From positions 1-10,230 of the forward strand of contig JBGPIA010000039.1 in the NCBI GenBank assembly GCA_041484665.1: 10,230 nt of DNA. The letters are read 5' to 3'. The notes below the pieces were generated by a model. The model searched no databases, was not told the origin of the DNA, and was given only the letters and a program-made list of their open reading frames with translations. The position numbers and the translations under genes were made by a program. Positions 7,710 through 10,230 of the stretch are shown in pieces. The stretch is from Candidatus Krumholzibacteriia bacterium (GTDB lineage Bacteria; Krumholzibacteriota; Krumholzibacteriia; JAJRXK01). Numbering within the stretch: the stretch's first letter is position 1; each line of letters starts with the position of its first letter.

Positions 7710-8279
7710 ATGCGCGTGCGCGCCATTGGCTCGTTGGTAGGAGTCGCCTGCGCATGCGCCGGGTGTCTCGTTCAGGCCACCCCGATCTACGACTGGAGCC
7801 GCACCTTCGGCGTCCACAGCCAACCCCACACGGCCGCGGTGGCCACCGACGGCCAGGGCAACGTGCTCGCAACCGGCGACTTCGAAGGCTCGATCGCGCT
7901 CGGCGGCAGTCCGTTGCACAGCGCCGGCACCGCCGACATCTTCCTCGCGAAGTTCGATTCCGACGGCCATCACCAATGGAGCCGGCGGTTCGGATCGTTC
8001 GATTGCGATGGGGGCACCGCAGTGACCGCGGACCCCGCGGGCAATGTGGTGGTGGCCGGACGGTTCCGCCACACGGTGGATCTGGGCGGTGGAGTGCTCA
8101 CGAGCGCAGGGAACAACGACACCTGCCTCGCGAAGCTCGACGCCGAGGGCCTGGCCGATGCCCGGCAGATCCTCGAGGCCTGGAAAGAGGAGTACAATAC
8201 GGAGCGGCCGCACTCGGCATCGGAAGACAGCACTCCCGCCGACTACGCGGCCAGACTGCTAGCCTGGTCTTCAGGTTAG
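7710..8279 (+). pseudogene. Secreted SBBP-type beta-propeller gene, truncated after ~2 blades and fused in frame to an IS3 transposase C-terminus
   Basis: GGGGAGGT RBS (7697-7704) before ATG 7710, then a signal-like N-terminus. Two repeats WSR.FG....AV..D..GNV...G.F...LGG..L.SAG..D..LAK.D..G run up to 8150, followed by LADARQILEAWKEEYNTERPHS. Confidence 0.85.
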
Positions 8280-8333
8280 CCGTCTTGAACGTTCGAATCT
8301 CTCGAAATCCCTGGACCAAGGTTGAGTACGTCT
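8151..8333 (+). mobile_element. IS3-family remnant: transposase 3' end plus degenerate right end
   Basis: LADARQILEAWKEEYNTERPHSASEDSTPADYAA matches the rve_3-type 'W..dYN..RPHSsLg..TP.eya' motif. Downstream CTGGACCAAGGTTGAGTACGTCT resembles IS3 right ends but ends in CT rather than CA, so the end coordinate is tentative. Confidence 0.8.
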
Positions 8334-8626
8334 CCCGCTACCTCCGCGGTCAACTCGTCCGAATCGGGTACGAACGTGCAGTTCACTTCGACTTTCAGAA
8401 CTGGCCGGCCTATCTCGCCTTTGCTAATTCGCGTGAGCCAAGTTCCGATAGGATCAGGAGCGTCGCAGAGGCGAAGGGCGTGTTCGAATCGACCGCAGTT
8501 TTCACCCGGCGCTTCCTCGAGATGCATCTCATGAACGATAATGGCGCCGGCGCGGCTCTCACCACCCCCGCGCATGTCGCGGACGTATCATCAGGTCTCG
8601 CGACCGTCCTTGTAGTGCGCCGATGA
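8334..8626 (+). pseudogene. Possible 3' fragment of an unidentified gene
   Basis: Open frame RYLRGQLVRIGYERAVHFDFQNWPAYLAF...ATVLVVRR* with protein-like composition and visibly lower GC than the flanks. The stop overlaps a new ATG (ATGA, 8623-8626). Confidence 0.35.
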
Positions 8627-8657
8627 GCGGCCGGCGTCTCGTCCGCCATGCGCTGCC

Positions 8658-8679
8658 GCGGATAGCGGTTTGTATCCGC
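8658..8679 (-). other. oriIS-like terminus of the IS91/ISCR-like element
   Basis: Minus strand GCGG-ATACAAACCGCTAT-CCGC lies about 280 bp downstream of the transposase stop. It resembles ...AAnnnCCTAT oriIS ends and forms a 7-bp stem GCGGATA/TATCCGC. Confidence 0.6.
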
Positions 8680-9976
8680 CCCGGCCCGAACTGCGTCCGC
8701 GCGCCGCGGCACCTCACGCTGATGCGCGTGCCCGCAACAACGCTCGCTCGCCCTGGCCACGGCTCGGGGGGCCGCTTCGGCGATGCGGGGCACGCCATCT
8801 CACACCTGCAGTGCCGCGCGGCTTGCGACCGGCGGCTCTCCATCCCCCCCGCGGGCACACCTCCACGCCCACTCCCCCACGAACTCCAGGCGAGCCCAGC
8901 AGGATGCCCCCGGTGAGCGGCGCTCGTGGCCGGTCACGTCACGCCGCGGGCGGGGCCCGCCCCTCAGCCGGCTCCTCAAACGGATCCCTGCCGCCTGTCA
9001 TTGCCAGGTGGCGCAGGATGCGGTCCACCACGCCCTCGTCCTGGATCACCGACACGATCCGCATCTCCACGCCGCAGCGCGGACAGAGTAGCGGGTCCGC
9101 TTCGTAGATCCGCCGCAGCAGCCGCGCCCAGCTGCACCGGCGCGCACGTTGCCCGGCGCTCTGCGCTGGCGTGGTGTCCAGGGGAGCCGCTGCCGCCGGT
9201 GGGGCAGCAGCACGGCTCGCCTCGCTGCGCCGCCGCGCCCCGCGGCTGCGGTTGGAGTACCAACCGACATACCGCACCGTGTGCTGCCGGGGAGCCGGGA
9301 TCTGCTGCACCAGCCGGTGGATCAGCTCCAGGGGGTCCAGGTGCAGGTCGCGTTGGCCCGTGCGCGGGTCGAGGGGCGTCTGCACCACCACGGCCTGCGC
9401 GGTCTGCCGTACTGCATCCAGCCGCAGCGGCGCCCGCGTCAGGTAGCGCGCGACGTGCTCCAGGCTCGCCGTGTCGTCGGACAACAGGGCGGGACCCACG
9501 TGCACCGAAAAGCCCGAGTGCACCCAGCGCAGCAGGTTCTGGTGGAACTCCTCCGACAAACGCTGCTCCCGCCGCAGCGCGGCCAGCACCAACCGGCGGA
9601 AGAGCTCGGTCAGGGCGGCAGCGTCCCAGAGACCCATGCGCTCGAAGTGGCCGTCGGGTGCGAAGGCACCGTCGGTAACGATGGCGTGCACATGCGGATG
9701 GAAGTTGGCGGCGTAGCTGCCGAAGGTCTGCAGGGCGGCCACCGTCCCCACCGACAGGGATGGATCGTCGAAGTACGCCCGAGCCGCCCGTTGTACGCAG
9801 TCGTGCGCACAACGGCTCAGCAGCGAGAGCAGCCGGCGCTCCCGCTCGAACAACCCGCGCAGCGCTTTGGGGATGGTGAACACCACGTGGCGGTGCGGGA
9901 CCGGCTCCAGCACGGAGGTGACCAGCAGCTCCCCGAACAACGCCGCCCGCTTGGCCTGGCAGCTCGGGCAGACCCC
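8662..9976 (-). mobile_element. Truncated IS91/ISCR-like rolling-circle element (ori end kept, ter end lost)
   Basis: HUH transposase plus an oriIS-like end at 8662; homology is lost upstream of GVCPSC at ~9976. Confidence 0.75.
8939..9976 (-). pseudogene. IS91-family (Y2_Tnp-type) HUH transposase, 5'-truncated
   Basis: GVCPSCQAKR, PHRHVVFTIP, QTFG, NFHPHVH (HUH), HSGFSVH, ARYLTR, VRYVGWYSN, SWARLLRRIYEADPLLCPRCG. Most of the N-terminal zinc-binding domain is absent. The track's TTG start at 9991 looks fortuitous. Confidence 0.9.
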
Positions 9977-10128
9977 GGCTGTGTCGCCCAACGACCTTGC
10001 CGCCGCAGCGGGAGGCCAGGATCAGAGGCAGGCCAGCATCACCTTAGCGGCCAGCGGCGCGCCTCACCACCAGCACGACGCAAGCGCGGGGACCGGCCAC
10101 CACAGGCCACAGCCGATGCGCCCCGGTA

Positions 10129-10230
10129 CGCTCAGCCCAACAGCTGCTGCAGCAGCCGCCGCGTGAACACCCCGAGCATCTTGCGGCGGTACTTGGGCGT
10201 GAAGTGGGTGTTCTTGTGCGGCACGACCTC
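10129..10230 (+). repeat. Direct repeat copy 2 (partner 4224-4325; may extend beyond the window)
   Basis: 93/102 identity to 4224-4325, up to the window edge. Confidence 0.97.
10132..10230 (-). CDS. 3' end of a molybdopterin dehydrogenase FAD-binding subunit gene (HcrB/CoxM-like), entering from the right edge
   Basis: Hand translation EVVPHKNTHFTPKYRRKMLGVFTRRLLQQLLG* fits the 'P..N.....YR..M..V..RR.L' end of the CO dehydrogenase flavoprotein C-terminal domain. Only 32 codons are visible. Confidence 0.65.
   Translation of the reverse strand, partial: EVVPHKNTHFTPKYRRKMLGVFTRRLLQQLLG

Noticed and set aside
7703..8626. 307-aa ORF as one gene
   Set aside because: Its first two-thirds is an Arg-rich off-frame reading of the propeller/IS3 chimera; only the part after ~8334 looks protein-like.
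9977..10128. Spacer as the frameshifted transposase N-terminus or terIS
   Set aside because: In the minus-strand frames I read next to the breakpoint I found no CG/CxxC/SCK zinc-domain pattern, and no convincing terIS hairpin; left unassigned.
4224..10230. Direct repeat as a DGR template/variable repeat pair or an IS target-site duplication
   Set aside because: Mismatches are not confined to adenines on either strand and no reverse transcriptase is present. 102 bp is far too long for a TSD, and IS91-type elements make none.

Overview
GC-rich bacterial window with two cargo blocks. They are bracketed by three same-strand (minus) pieces of what appears to be one gene type, a molybdopterin-dehydrogenase FAD-binding subunit (HcrB/CoxM-like). 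The pieces are a frameshifted internal fragment at 1-94, a decayed 3' tail at 4227-~4355, and a consensus-like 3' end at 10132-10230; the last two are 93/102 nt identical. Block A (~95-4226) holds an intact MacA-like adaptor and two MacB-type permeases, with no ATPase gene. It also has an ECF-type promoter and a 75-bp imperfect palindrome at its left junction. Block B (~4356-10131) is a mosaic of fragments: a headless hypothetical-gene tail; a seven-blade FG-GAP membrane protein retaining only the last helices of a Ser/Thr kinase; one intact two-domain lipoprotein; a beta-propeller gene fused in frame to an IS3 transposase tail; an orphan fragment; and a 5'-truncated IS91/ISCR-like HUH transposase with an oriIS-like end. 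The best candidate for an undescribed system is a tandem integration/accretion hotspot in a FAD-subunit gene. No integrase is visible, so the mechanism is inference. Family assignments come from motif recognition, not database searches.
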